A stretch of 63,160 nt of DNA, filler included, from Olpidium bornovanus S191 (GCA_017911155.1; 31 parts of 31 records of this genome joined end to end with filler, not necessarily neighbours in it), one strand, 5' to 3'; shown: positions 1 to 11,993, numbered from the whole stretch's first letter. Program-made: numbers and translations. The notes: generated by a model not told the origin, from the sequence alone.

Positions 1-99
1 AAAAAAAAAAACAAAAGAAATTCGGCCGCAATACCGGCCACAGATACATGTTGGAAGGAAAACGGTCGATCCGGTCGCCGTCACCTGCGTGGGGCCGCC

Positions 100-1385
100 G
101 TGACCAGCGTTGGCGCTCCGGCTCGAGTTCCCACGGCGGGGGGGAAAGCGCCGGGATGCCTGGCGGCCGAGATCGGTGTCCTCGCAAATGCTCCGGCGCG
201 CCGGCTGACTTCGCTGCCTTTCGGAGTCCAAGACGGCGGCAGGGTGTTCGTCCGCAATGACGCGAAAGCGGTAGCTCTGAACTCTCGGACTGCGACCCCG
301 GTTTCGTACAGGCAAGAAGCGCCGCCGCCGTCGCCGCGGGTGCCTGGCGCGCAGCAAGTTGCGCCCTGCGGTCCCCAGAAGGCTGCGCCGTCGACGGCGA
401 GGATAAGGCCGGGCGACGCCCGCGTTGTCGTCCGGGCCCCGCCGCCTTCCTCTCCCGCGGCGAGCTTCCGGCTGGCGCGGGCGCTGCTCGCCCGGCCGAC
501 GTCGCCTGCTTCGGTGGCCAGCTCCGCCTCGGACGTGTCCGCGGCGACTTCGGGCCCGCCTTCCCAATCGGGGTTTTGCCGATCGTTCGCTCCGGCAGAA
601 AAAATCAGGATTCGCTGTTGTGGACGGCGCCTGCGACGGATCCTGCTCCGCGGAACGAACCGCCGTGCTCGTTTGTGCGCACGAATCGACGAACGCGGCG
701 CCGCCGCGGCGCAGAAAGCTGAAGCAAGGACGGACAGGAAGGTCGGTTTTAACAGGTGAAACGTGGCCCGTGCAGACTGCGAATGTCGCCAATGTCTCGC
801 TCTCCTGACGATTTGCCGCCCGAAACTGTCTGCGGCAGATTGAGGATCTAAAGATCACGAACAGGGATCTTGCCGCCATCAACTCTCGGCTGGAACGCAG
901 GACAAGCCGGCAGACGTCGCGGATCGCCGAGTTGGAGAAGTTGCTCCGAAACGCGGGAATCGATTTCGATGACGCGGCACAGCGACGACGCGTCCGTCGC
1001 TTTTGAGGGGGGCCTCCCGCGCCGGCGGCGACGCGGGGGGCGGCGAAACGAGCCGGGAGGATGGGACGCGAGCGGAGCTGACCGCGAGGACCGGACAGCA
1101 GAGGAACGTGAAGGGGACTGCTCCTCCCACGCGTCTTCCTCGTCGTCCTCCTCGGTCGGGTCACGCTGTCGCCGCGATGTCTGTCTGATCGAGCGGATGT
1201 GCGCTGTCACCGAGGCGCTCGTCGTGCAGGCCCAGCGGGCGCTCGAATCAACGAGCACGCTGAGCATGGGCAAAGTGGTCTGGAAGGAGCAAGAGGAAGA
1301 GGACACGACGAGGAGGAACAATATCGACGAGGCTCGCAGCAGGGCAGTCGGAGTCAGGGGGCTGGGTCACCGCCTCCGGAGGGAC
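100..1385 (+). CDS. Conserved fungal coiled-coil hypothetical protein, C-terminal part, partial, with an apparent 1-nt frameshift near 975
   Basis: A GT-AG intron at 742-838 joins AEARTDRK to IEDLKITNRDLAAINSRLERRTSRQTSRIAELEKLLR, resembling the recalled fungal motif RKIADLEITNRSLLAINxxLE. The downstream block IERMCAVTEALVVQAQRALES...KV lies in a different frame (ORF 870). Confidence 0.5.
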
Positions 1386-1575
1386 NNNNNNNNNNNNNNN
1401 NNNNNNNNNNNNNNNNNNNNNNNNNNNNNTTAATTAATTAANNNNNNNNNNNNNNNNNNNNNNNNNNNNNNNNNNNNNNNNNNNNCCCCCCCCCCCCCCC
1501 CTCCCCCCTCCGCCCTCCCGCCACCCCCGGTTCCCGTCGCTCTAGCGTTAGCGAGGAGCGTGATCGGAGGTAACC

Positions 1576-2300
1576 ATGGGCGCGTACAAATACATGACGG
1601 AGCTTTCCCGCAAAAAGCAGTCGGACGTGGTCCGGTTCCTGCTTCGCGTCCGCTGCTGGGAGTACCGGCAGCTCAATGTCATCCACCGTGCCTCCCGTCC
1701 GTCCCGCCCGGACAAGGCGCGCCGCCTGGGCTACAAGGCGAAGCAGGGGTACGTCATCTACCGCATCCGTGTCCGCCGTGGTGGCCGCAAGCGTCCGAAC
1801 CCCAAGGGCCAGGTCTACGGGAAGCCCAAGCACCAGGGTATAAACCAGCTTAAATACCAGCGGTCCCTGCGCGCCACCGCTGAGGAGCGTGTCGGCCGCT
1901 ACTGCGGCAACCTCCGCGTTCTTAACTCATACTGGGTCAACCAGGTGCGTTTTTGGCGGGAGTCTTATCCCGACGCTCTGCAGGCATCACACGATATAAC
2001 GTTCTGCGGCATGCTGTTCGTTGTTGCTCCTCTGAACGTCGCGGTTACCGTGTGCTCTAGGACGCCACGTACAAGTACTTTGAAGTCATTCTGGTCGATC
2101 CCAACCATAAAGCTATTCGGCGCGACCCGCGAATCAACTGGATCGTTGGCCACAAGCACCGCGAATGCCGTGGCCTCACCGCGATCGGCAAGAAGAATCG
2201 CGGCATTGCAAAGGGCCACCGCTTCAACAAGACGAAGGGATCGGGCCGCCGGAACAACTGGCTCAGGCGGAACACCATTTCTCTGCGCCGCTACCGTTAG
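1576..2300 (+). CDS. RPL15: 60S ribosomal protein L15 (eL15), complete, 202 aa, join(1576..1944,2061..2300)
   Basis: [32 protein letters not shown]...[11 protein letters not shown] | [27 protein letters not shown]...SLRRYR*. GT-AG intron 1945-2060 is phase 0; stop TAG at 2298-2300. Confidence 0.98.
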
Positions 2301-2585
2301 ATGTATTGCTGCTGCGGCCGCTTGATGTTAATACTGGACGTTTTTTTTTTCCGCGCGGAACATTTCATGGAGTTTATCATTGGCGGCCTCGGTTGCGACG
2401 ACGGTTTCCGGTTTGCATTGTTGCTTCTACGTCGCCGCCAATGGAAATGATTTATTTTGAACGTTATGTTTCTTTGGTCGTGCAGNNNNNNNNNNNNNNN
2501 NNNNNNNNNNNNNNNNNNNNNNNNNNNNNTTAATTAATTAANNNNNNNNNNNNNNNNNNNNNNNNNNNNNNNNNNNNNNNNNNNN

Positions 2586-4601
2586 ACACTACAGCGCAGC
2601 AGCGCAGTGAAGCGCGGGCACAGCGCAGCAGCCAGCGGCTGCTGGTCTTGGCGCAATGATGACGCCACGTGACGAGCACAGCGCAGTCGCGCCACGCAGT
2701 CATGACATTGTGATCGCTGGATCCAGGGTTGAACCACAAAACAGACATATTGCGGATCCAGATTAGAAGCATAGGCAATGTCAACGGCAGGAGGGTGGAC
2801 AATAATAAAAGCAGCGTCATTTGGTACTGGTGCAGGTTCCAGCACATTTCCGCCTTTTGAGGGGTTTTCTGGTTCGCTCCCGTGTCAGCGCTGACATACT
2901 CGGTGACACGGACGACGTTCAATCAATCAAACGTAACTAACCTGGACAAGTGCTTTCCTTCTGGATTTAACGCACGAGACAATGTGCAAAATGAACGCGA
3001 CCAGGAAGGCGAACTGGGGGGGTATCAGCGTCCCGACGACGACGAAGAGGACCGCCGTCGTGATTAACCGCCGGCGGAACAACTGTTCGCGGGTCTCAGA
3101 CTGCCTGAGTAGAATTGGGCAACCCTGCACATTAAGGAACATCACGCGTCGCCGCTTCCTGACTCAGCCAGCGCACGGCCGCTGCCTACCTGGTCAGCCG
3201 CCTCATCATCCACTCCGGTCCCCACCTCTCAGCTGCCCGAGATGCTGCAGACATGACTCTGACGAACGCGGCTAGCACCATCCACCACACCGCTAGCACG
3301 CCGATCGCCAGAAACATAAGAACTGGAGCCAGAAACCACAACGCAGGGTCGCGAGCTCCAAGGAGGAGTGTGGCCATGAATGGTGGTGAGGTCGCCGCGG
3401 ATCGGAACGGTGCATGGCGCGCAATTCCTGCCGCACTGCTCTGAAGCCGGGCAAACAGCCCGAGGCTAACAGCCAAAGGTATTAGCGGGCCCGTGACTAC
3501 CGCCGAAAACGCCTGCGGAAACGTGGGGAACAGGCCTGGATGCCGCATCAACATGTATAGGTTCGTTTAATACAAAATAATTCCACAGATCAACAGAAGT
3601 CGCCCAGTACACCGCAGTAAATTCGGGGTAACTGACCATTGCTGTTCCACTCTTTCAGTTGCACCGCCAACACCATCATAACGCTTACGAACAGGAAGGC
3701 CACCACGGACATGTCCACCGCCTTGACCGCGCGTCCCACGCTTCCATATAAATCAAGGTTGAGGTGCAGAGACATCGTGAACCGGCACGTCGGGTCTTGC
3801 CAGACCTGCAGGCTCAGGCCCCGCCGCTCGTCCACTGGCGGCGCTAAGGGGGTCTGCTCTAGTTCCCCCGCACCGCTGCTTGACTGATTGATTCTTGGGA
3901 GGAGCAACGGCGACAACGAAGCTGGGATGCGCCCGTGGAAATTCAAGTCAATGGTGGATGGAGCGCCCACCGTAAACTTCGATTCGGGCAGCGTCATCGT
4001 TTGCTGCCGGAATATGGGCGGGAACAGCCGAGTCACTTTCAGGAACAAGAGTCATCTACCGTCAGCAACCCTGCAGCCCATCACGTATCCGTTTCAAGGC
4101 CAATAAAAGCTTTACCTACCGTTTTTGCCATTCTCGTCAATGCAGTCGGACATGTGGACGGTGAGACGATAGGCCAGCATGCTGTCGTCAATAACTGGCA
4201 TCCGAATGATCGACAACAACGGCGCCGGGACGTTCCCATGATCCACAGTGGCCATTACACGTCCCAGCGCTACGTCTTCAAAAGAGCGGTCGCATGAACA
4301 AGAAAAAGGCCGTAAGACGTCCGCTTCCAAATATGGCAGCCAATTCCCAGTCATCGCAACAGCAATCTACAGAAGGCGGCTGATCTTACCCACCTGCCAT
4401 TGAGAACCGCAACTTGATGGTTGCCTCCTCGTTGTAAAACTCCGCGACGAGAAAAGACCCTTCCGGCCAGATTGACCCCATGTTGGCCGCAACCTCGATG
4501 AAATCCCAGCCCTTCCACCTGGCACGTCTCAGTCGCAGGAACATGTAGGCGGGCGGGCGGTACGCCTGGCCGTGCTCAACAGGGGTAGCCGGGAGGGGCA
4601 C
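2586..4601 (-). CDS. BST1: GPI inositol-deacylase (BST1/PGAP1), multi-exon C-terminal/TM half, partial
   Basis: Ordered exon peptides match fungal Bst1: EGSFLVAEF; LQVWQDPTC...LNLDLYGSVG; RDPALWFLAPVLMFLAIG; RRLITTAVLFVVVGTLIPPQFAFLVAF; LPLTLPMLLIWIRNMSVLWFNPGSSDHNV. Confidence 0.85.
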
Positions 4602-5576
4602 GAACAGCGAGGCGACGGATACACATTCAAGCGTGCTTTGCTCCGAAGAAGATACCGCAGAGGCGGTGGACGCTGGGGTCCAAGATGCCGATCGGCCGTC
4701 TGCGAGACGGCAGAGCCNNNNNNNNNNNNNNNNNNNNNNNNNNNNNNNNNNNNNNNNNNNNTTAATTAATTAANNNNNNNNNNNNNNNNNNNNNNNNNNN
4801 NNNNNNNNNNNNNNNNNCATGGAACCGTAGATTTAGAGTGACTATGGGCTTCACAGTGTGCACAGTGAGGGGCGGTGTTGAAATGTAGCCTGAGGCAAGG
4901 GAGTTCAGGAGGAGATAAAGCACTACGCTTTATCTCCGGAACCCTCACCGGCGGTCGGGCTATTGGCCCACTTTGAAGAGTATGATGCTGGAGAATGTCC
5001 GCGACCGGAAGGACCACAAAGCTTTCAAGCAAACGTTAAACTAATTGGAAAAAACTGGTGGATTCTCTAAGAACCGTGAAAATAATGTCAAAATGCCACT
5101 CCTCGGCAGCGAATTGCCGGCGTCCTTGCTGAGATTATCCGTCGTTATTATCGCTCAATTTCTGCGAATTAGGTAGCAGGGTAATAGAGAGAGAGTGAGA
5201 GAGAAAGCAAAAGAAAAAAAAAGTGGGAGGGAAAACAACCCTGTACATCGATAGACGATAGAATTCTGATTATCGTGCTGCAACCGAATCGCGGGCGGGC
5301 AGATGGTGCAGTGAGGGCCGCGGTTGATTTTAATGCGACGCTCCGATGGGGTTCTAAAACGTGCGCGGGTTTCGTCTTTTATTTTTATTTTTATTTTTTT
5401 TTTTTCCGATTGGACTTGGGGAGGGGGGGGGGGGGCCGAAACAACCGCGCCCCCAATAACCCATAACCCCCAACCCCCGGAAAAAAAAAAAAAAAAAAAA
5501 AAGAAAAAAAAAGAAAAAAAAAAAAAAAACGCCACACGCACGCACACACACGTGCACACACTCAACCCTCCCCACC

Positions 5577-7246
5577 ATGGCCAAGGCGAAGAAGGCGACG
5601 AAGAAGTTCGTGAAGACCAAGCTCAAGGCGACCCTGCAGGAGAGGGCCAGGCGGAAGCAGAAGGCGAACAGGTTTCCCGCCGGCAGGCGCTCCAGGGACG
5701 CAGGATGCCGGGCCGCCTCCGCGGGAGGAAAAAACGGTAAAAAAAGAAAAAAAGAAAAAAAGGGGGATTCTCCTTAGAGAGACACCGCATGCCCGCGGCC
5801 ACGCCCTTCCCCGGGGAACTGAGCTTCTTTTTATTCGTTTTTGTCTTGCTCACCTCGTCGGCAAACACCCCTCGTTTTTTGCCCAGAAACGGCCGGCAAG
5901 GCTGACGCCGCGCGGAAGCCGGCCAAGATTCAGGAAACGTGCGTCGATTCCTCTTTGCCGTCGGGCCGGGCGCGCTGGTGTTTGAAACCCGGTTGATCCA
6001 CTTCTCCGCCGTGCCAGGGGAGGGAAAGGGGCTCGGGAAACATCGTGCCGGAGTTTGGATTCGTCGTTTTCGCGGCCTGACCCCTTCCCCGCCCCCTTCC
6101 CGGCGACTTCGCGTGTTTCCAGGTACAAGGACATGGACGTGGACTCCTTCCTTGCCGGCGGATTCGAAGCCGCCGCGGAGTCCGACGCTGGAGACAGCGA
6201 CGAGGACGAGGTCCTGGACGAGCAGGAAGACCGACGGCGCGGCAGTGGCGCGGGAGAGGAGGAAGAGGAAGAGGAGGAGTCGAGAGCGGACGAGGTTCTG
6301 GAGTCGGAGGGGGACGGTGGCGGGGCGGAGGAGGGCAGTGTTCTCGACGACGACGGCGAGAACTTGGACGAGCACGGTGACGAAGATGAGCACAGTGACG
6401 AAGACGACGTCGCTCGGCACAAGCGGCAGCTGGAGGACCTGAAACAGGTTGACCCGGATTTTTACAAGTACCTGCAGGAGAACGACCAGGAACTTCTCGA
6501 CTTCGATTTCGACGGGGAGAGTGAGGATTCGGGCGAGGAGGACGAGGAGGGGAGTGACGGCGAGGGAGGGGCCGACCGCGCGGCCGGCGCGCGTGATAAA
6601 AAGGCAGAGCGAAAAGAGAAGGCGACGAAGGAGACCCGCGAGATCACTAACGACGTGCTCGACCGGTGGCAGAAGAACGTTGTCGAGGTGAGATTTCGCG
6701 GCTTAACCGCGTTCTTCGAACGCTCCAGCGTGTCCCGCTTTACGTGCTCAAATGCCGACTGTCACGTTGATCGTTGATGGCAGCGCGATTCGATGAAAAG
6801 TCTCAAGCGCCTGTTACTCGCTTTTGGGTGTGCCGCACAAGCAAAACACCTTGAAGACGACGGACAGGCTAAGAAAAGGCCTGTGTACGAGATCAATGAC
6901 AGCTCGGGTAAGATGACTTTCGGCGATACCTGCGGCGGTCTTTGGTGAGGACGCCGCTTTCGCTAACTCGCTCGTCCTACGGCAAAAAGTTTTTAACAAC
7001 GTGATCGTGACCGCCATGAAGTGCGCCCCGGCAGCTTTTGACCGGCATTGTCCGGTCAAGAAGCCCTCGGATCTCAACAAGTGCGTTGGTGACTGGTCGA
7101 GCGCGTGCTTTTGACAAGTGGAGTGCATGCTTTTTTTTTCCCTTCGCCCTCGCTCGTTACGCGTTGCCACTGTCGCTGAATCGCGGATTCAATCCAGGCG
7201 ACCGCCAGCGCCTTCGTCGCATCCGCGTTGGAAAAAAATACAACCG
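5577..7246 (+). CDS. NOC2: Nucleolar complex protein 2 (NOC2), N-terminal part; exons about 5577-5671, 6123-6687, 6784-6907, 6990-, partial
   Basis: MAKAKKATKKFVKTKLK; KDMDVDSFLAGGF; acidic tract; HKRQLEDLKQVDPDFYKYLQENDQELLDF; SLKRLLLAF; VFNNVIVTAMK; PRWKKIQP at the contig end. Splice phases of the first four exons are consistent. Confidence 0.92.
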
Positions 7247-7449
7247 NNNNNNNNNNNNNNNNNNNNNNNNNNNNNNNNNNNNNNNNNNNNTTAATTAATT
7301 AANNNNNNNNNNNNNNNNNNNNNNNNNNNNNNNNNNNNNNNNNNNNCGCGGGGGAAGCCCCCCCCCCCCCCCTTTCCCCCTCCTCCTCGCTCGCCGTCCC
7401 CCCGCCGCACACCCGTCTAATTCCCGCGACGTCCTGCTCAGCACCATCA

Positions 7450-8667
7450 CTAGGTGCGCAGCGAGCACCCGATCAGCAGGTTGTCGATCAGCCGCGTCTT
7501 CCCGACGCGGATGGCCCCGCACAGCACGGCGCCGCGGCCGGGCCCGGGCGATATGGAGGCGGCGGCGGCGGGCTCTCCGGCTCCGGCAAAAACGTGACTC
7601 CCTTCGTGGAGGTCGCCCAGTCCCTCCAGGTAGTCTACTTCGTCCAGGGTCCACGGGTCTACCAGACTGAGATACTCGAGCGACACCGAAACTCCCTTCC
7701 CCTCGCCCTTCGCGCGCTCTTTCTCGTCGGCCTCGCGGACGACGTTCTCGGCAGCGCCGATGATGGCGCCGCGGGAGCAGCGGGCGGTAGGGCTGCCGGC
7801 CCACACGTCTTTCCCGGCACGAAGGGCCCTGTACAACGTCCCGGCCACGGCCCTCTCGGCCGGGCTCAAATACCGGTTCCGTGAACTCAAGGCCAACCCG
7901 TCAGACGGCTCCCTGACCGTCGCCCCGACGACCAGCTCGACAGGGACGAGAAGGTCGTGTAGCATGCGACGGACTATCGAAGCTTGTTGGAAATCCTTTT
8001 GGCCCAGGAACAGGTGACTCGGCTGGGCCAGGTTGACTAGCTTTGTGAGGACCGTGGTCACACCCCGGAAGAAGCTGCGGGCGTGCAAAGACGTATTCGC
8101 GTCAGCGAGTTTTCTCCGCCGGCCGGAAAAACTTCAACGTCCCGCCCCACGTACTGCGGCCTGACGGCCCCCTCCATCCGGGAGCCCAGTCCAAGGACCT
8201 CCACGAACGTGCCTGTCTGCTTTTTCACATCCAGAGTGATGCCGGACGGATACATCTCATCGACGGTCGGGACGATCACGGCGTCCACGACGCCCGTGCC
8301 GGCGAGCATCTTCAGGTCTTCCGCGACAGTCCGCGGATAAGCGTTGAGGTCCTCGTGCGGCGCGAACTGCGACGGGTTAACGAAAATGGACACAACGACA
8401 TTCTTGCACGTTTTGCCGGCCAATCGCGCTGGCGGGACACGGCGGGCCAAGAAACAAAAGTGGTCGAAGTCGTTTATATGCGCCCGCAAAACCGTAAAAA
8501 GGCAAACGTGCGGGGAGCAACAGACGCACCTTACCTAGGCTCAGGTGGCCCTCGTGCAGAGCGCCCATCGTCGGGACGAAGCCGACATTCCTGGCGCGAC
8601 CGGGCAGCGAATCCAACCAGCTCCGGTAGTCGGCGATCTTGTCGAAGACGAGCGGCGCCGCGCTCAT
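7450..8667 (-). CDS. PAN6: Pantoate-beta-alanine ligase (pantothenate synthetase), complete, complement(join(7450..8074,8155..8428,8535..8667)), 343 aa
   Basis: [16 protein letters not shown] (HxGH motif), [53 protein letters not shown]. Two GT-AG introns give 1032 nt in frame. Confidence 0.96.
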
Positions 8668-9204
8668 CCGGCCGCGCTGGCCGCCCGCCGCGGCCGAGCG
8701 GCCGAAGGAACGAATCTGCGAAGCTGCGACGTGCGGGGCGAGAAAGGCACACGCATCAGAGGCCTGTCCTCCTCCCCCTCCCTTCCTTTTGTTACGCGAG
8801 TGCTTTCGTTCGGGAGGGCCACACACCCCCAGCCAGACCGGGGTATTGGCAAACATACGGTGACGGAGCGGCCGCCCGCGGGGACAGGCGGCAGCGGGCG
8901 CCGGACGCCGGCAGCTCGAGCGACTTTGGGCGCAGCGGCGGCGGGCCTCCGAAACCGCCGCGCAGAAGCGAGCGCGGGCGGCCAACGGCGGCATCGTTGG
9001 GCGCCGGCAACAGGGACGCACAGCGCTCGCTCCTCCCCCCCGCTCCCTCCGCCCCCCCGCCGCGGCGCCCGGGGCGGGTGCCTGCCCCCGCTTTCCCCTC
9101 CCTCCCTGCAAACTCCGCCCTTCCCCCGGCGCACCTTTCGCCTCGCGTGCCCCCCCTCCCCCGCCCACACCAGGCCCGCCGGCACGCCGGCCCCGCACCC
9201 CCCC

Positions 9205-9221
9205 CCCCCCCCCCCGGCGCG

Positions 9222-9256
<35 letters not shown>

Positions 9257-9281
9257 ACGCCCCCCCCCCCCCCCCCCCCCG

Positions 9282-9321
<40 letters not shown>

Positions 9322-9325
9322 CCCG

Positions 9326-9390
<65 letters not shown>
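9205..9390. repeat. Near-pure poly-C tract (representative of many homopolymer tracts in the window)
   Basis: About 185 nt almost all C at the contig end. Similar tracts occur at 29575-29670, 31598-31727, 22098-22220, 22729-22783, 39411-39495 and 41338-41450. Confidence 0.9.
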
Positions 9391-9498
9391 AGCCGCNNNN
9401 NNNNNNNNNNNNNNNNNNNNNNNNNNNNNNNNNNNNNNNNTTAATTAATTAANNNNNNNNNNNNNNNNNNNNNNNNNNNNNNNNNNNNNNNNNNNNAG

Positions 9499-9581
9499 TA
9501 CGATCTTTCGGTCAGCACGTACTCGCCAGATGGTCGCATTTTTCAGGTCGAGTACGCCCAGAAGGCTGCGGATATAAGCGG
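9499..9581 (+). CDS. PRE10: Single exon of 20S proteasome subunit alpha-7 (PRE10/PSMA3 type) N-terminal signature
   Basis: [28 protein letters not shown], flanked by AG (9497-9498) and GT (9582). The rest of the alpha subunit is not present downstream in this contig. Confidence 0.85.
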
Positions 9582-9634
9582 GTACGGGAAAAATCCGCAG
9601 TGCGGAGGGGGGGGGGGGGGGGGGGGGGGGAGGG

Positions 9635-9682
<48 letters not shown>

Positions 9683-9754
9683 TTTTTGGCGCTTGTCCCC
9701 GCCCCACACCCGCACCGCTCGCCCCGACCTGCTCCCCAGTTTCTTCGTCCTCAG

Positions 9755-10843
9755 AAACAACACCCCAGCGCACGGACGGCCCTTCAGCTCCAGGTCGCGC
9801 TGCCCGGACCCCGCACCGCGCAAAAACCTCCCTGTTTCTCTCGATTTCAGGAGCACGTACGACGTGCAGCGCTTGCGCAATATCGAGCACGTACGTCTCG
9901 TCTCCCTGTGTCGTCTGAAGAAAACGCGCTTTTCTTCTACCTTTACCTCGCACCCCCGCCCCGCCCTTCCCCCCCACACTCACCCCACTCAAAACGCGTG
10001 CAAGGGCGCGAAAAAAAAAATTAACCAGTACAGTCCGGCGCTCCTTGCTAACGACGCCGTTCCCCGGGGCGGGTGCGGCGCGCGCCCTATTTTTTTTTGT
10101 TTTCTTTTTCTTCCTTTTTGCAGAACAAGGCCGTGCTTGCAAAGCACGGCCTGGGGTCTCTCGCCGCGTTTACCGCGAGGCAGAGCGCGTCGTCGGCTCC
10201 CGACGAAAAAACGTCCCCCGGACGCTCAGCCGGCCGGCCAAACGCCGCAGCTGGCGACGACGAGGAAGAGGAAGGCCGCCGTCGCCCTGGCCGCGAGGGA
10301 AAACGGCGGCGACGAAGCCGCGTGCGCGGCCGCTCCTGCCTTCCGCAGGTCGCAGCGGCCGAACCCGTCCGCAGGTCGCTACGTCTTATGACGCTGCGCT
10401 CCGCGGCGAAACCCGGGGGCGTTACCGACCGGAGCGGCAAGTTCGCCGGCGACCGCCGGACGGCCGCAAAGACGCGGCGGGCTAGGCCCGCTTCCGCCAA
10501 GAACGCAGAAGGCGCGTCTGAAATGCCAGACTGCAGGAAAAAGCGGAAAATTTTCGGAAAAGTGCCCGGCGCCTCTTTGGGGACTACGTGGATGTCAGGC
10601 AGCGAGGTCGCTGCAGCACGCTTTCGCCGGTGAGTGTGAAATATTTTGTGCCCCTCGGCCCTTTGATAAGGTTCAAATATACGCAGCCGTAAACAAAAAA
10701 AAATATCCCCCTCTAATTACACCAACGGTTCTCAGCCCTCTCGCGGCCGGCATTCACGGCTCGGCGACGTAAGGTCGCTACTCCATTTTGCTCAACGGTG
10801 GCAAGGAACGGCCGCGACGCGGCCTCCCATTTTTTGCGCATGC
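9755..10843 (+). pseudogene. SRA/YDG (methyl-DNA-binding) domain gene, disrupted; exons 9755-9793, 9851-9890, 10124-10629, 10736->10843
   Basis: Spliced product: [13 protein letters not shown]|NKAVLAKHGL (fungal YExxRxxNIxxN motif); EPVRRSLRL; KIFGKVPGASLGTTW; RRPLAAGIHGSAT*GRYSILLNGG (SRA HRPxVAGIHG...GAYSIVLxGG). In-frame TAA at 10770-10772; GGYEDD is replaced by GGKERP. Confidence 0.7.
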
Positions 10844-10943
10844 NNNNNNNNNNNNNNNNNNNNNNNNNNNNNNNNNNNNNNNNNNNNTTAATTAATTAAN
10901 NNNNNNNNNNNNNNNNNNNNNNNNNNNNNNNNNNNNNNNNNNN

Positions 10944-11278
10944 AATGCTGCAGGTTTGGGTTTTGATCAATGCTGACAGTTGCTGTTCAGGCTTGGAAGG
11001 TGAAGAAAGAGATCTCCTGGGAGGCGATGCAGCCGACGGAGGTTCCATCCAGAGCCACCATGAAGGAAGGAGTTGCCGCCTTCCGGGAGATCTCTGGGAA
11101 TGGGATCATTGTGGACAGGGAAGGCCGCACTTTGTGCCCTGTTTTCAGTGGGAAGTTTGGTGTTCCGCCCTCCGACACCAAACCAGTCATGGACGCCTTG
11201 AGAGCCTGGAAGGAAGGCCAGTCAGGTCGAATGCCCCCTCCGCAACAGAGGCAACCGAGAAAACGGTCTTATGACTAA
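10944..11278 (+). CDS. Possible terminal exon of an unidentified protein (WKVKKEISWEAM...RKRSYD*)
   Basis: A stop-free, protein-like frame follows a CAG acceptor near 10990 and ends in TAA at 11276-11278. No family recognised. Confidence 0.25.
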
Positions 11279-11993
11279 CGTAATTATGTAAGTCTGTGAT
11301 ATCATCTTGTTTTCTGTCTCCACACACTTGATTATATTTGCTTATATTTTTGTGTGCAGGATGCAGCCCTGCATTACGGGTGGGCGGTGCCTGCAGGGGA
11401 CAATACCGCCTTGGGGTAGCTGGCAATCCCCCAAAAAGTTTTAGAAATTGAGAAATTTGTGACTGGTGGGAAGACCTTTCATTGGTGATCTTCGGGCAGT
11501 TTCCTGGGGTCCACTTACTCTTGATTGTAATGGTGCGCAAGTCGGAGACCCCCGCCTCCCCCCTCCGGCGCGATTCACCCCACTCGCGGCCCAACGCCGC
11601 GCGGACGTGTTTTTTTCATCCTTGACTAAAAAAAAAAAAAAGAAAAAAAAAGAGATGGGTCCGGATCGGCGGTCCTGCTCTGCTTTTTTTTTTTCTTTTT
11701 TTTTTTTGTTTTGTAGATTCGTTAAGCGAGAAACAAACGGCCCCGTGAAAAACCGTGGGTGAAATTTGGTGCGTCGACCTCTGACCCTCCGGGGGAAAAA
11801 GGCGGGATGGGAAGGGGTGGGGGGAGGGGGGGGGTTGGTCGGGTTGGGTGGGGCAACAGGAAGGCAGGAGGGGCGGGTTGGCTCGAGAACGCAAAAAAAA
11901 ACGAAAAGCAGCAAGTTGAGGTACAAAGCGAACTGGACGAAGGGGAGAGAGAGATCACAGTTTGCCGAAATGTGGCAAGGGTCGCGTGTAATC

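Noticed and set aside
970-1006. Programmed ribosomal frameshift
   Set aside because: There is no slippery heptamer or CTTAGGC-type site; an indel error is simpler.
8355-9452. Long proline/glycine-rich ORFs (also the poly-K, poly-F and poly-G ORFs elsewhere)
   Set aside because: They arise from homopolymer tracts and GC-rich stop-poor DNA, often antisense to real genes such as PAN6 or running into spacers.
10770-10772. Stop-codon reassignment to explain the in-frame TAA in SRA
   Set aside because: TAA terminates MAM33 (17380) and FOL1 (26195) normally, and the neighbouring SRA motif is also degenerate.
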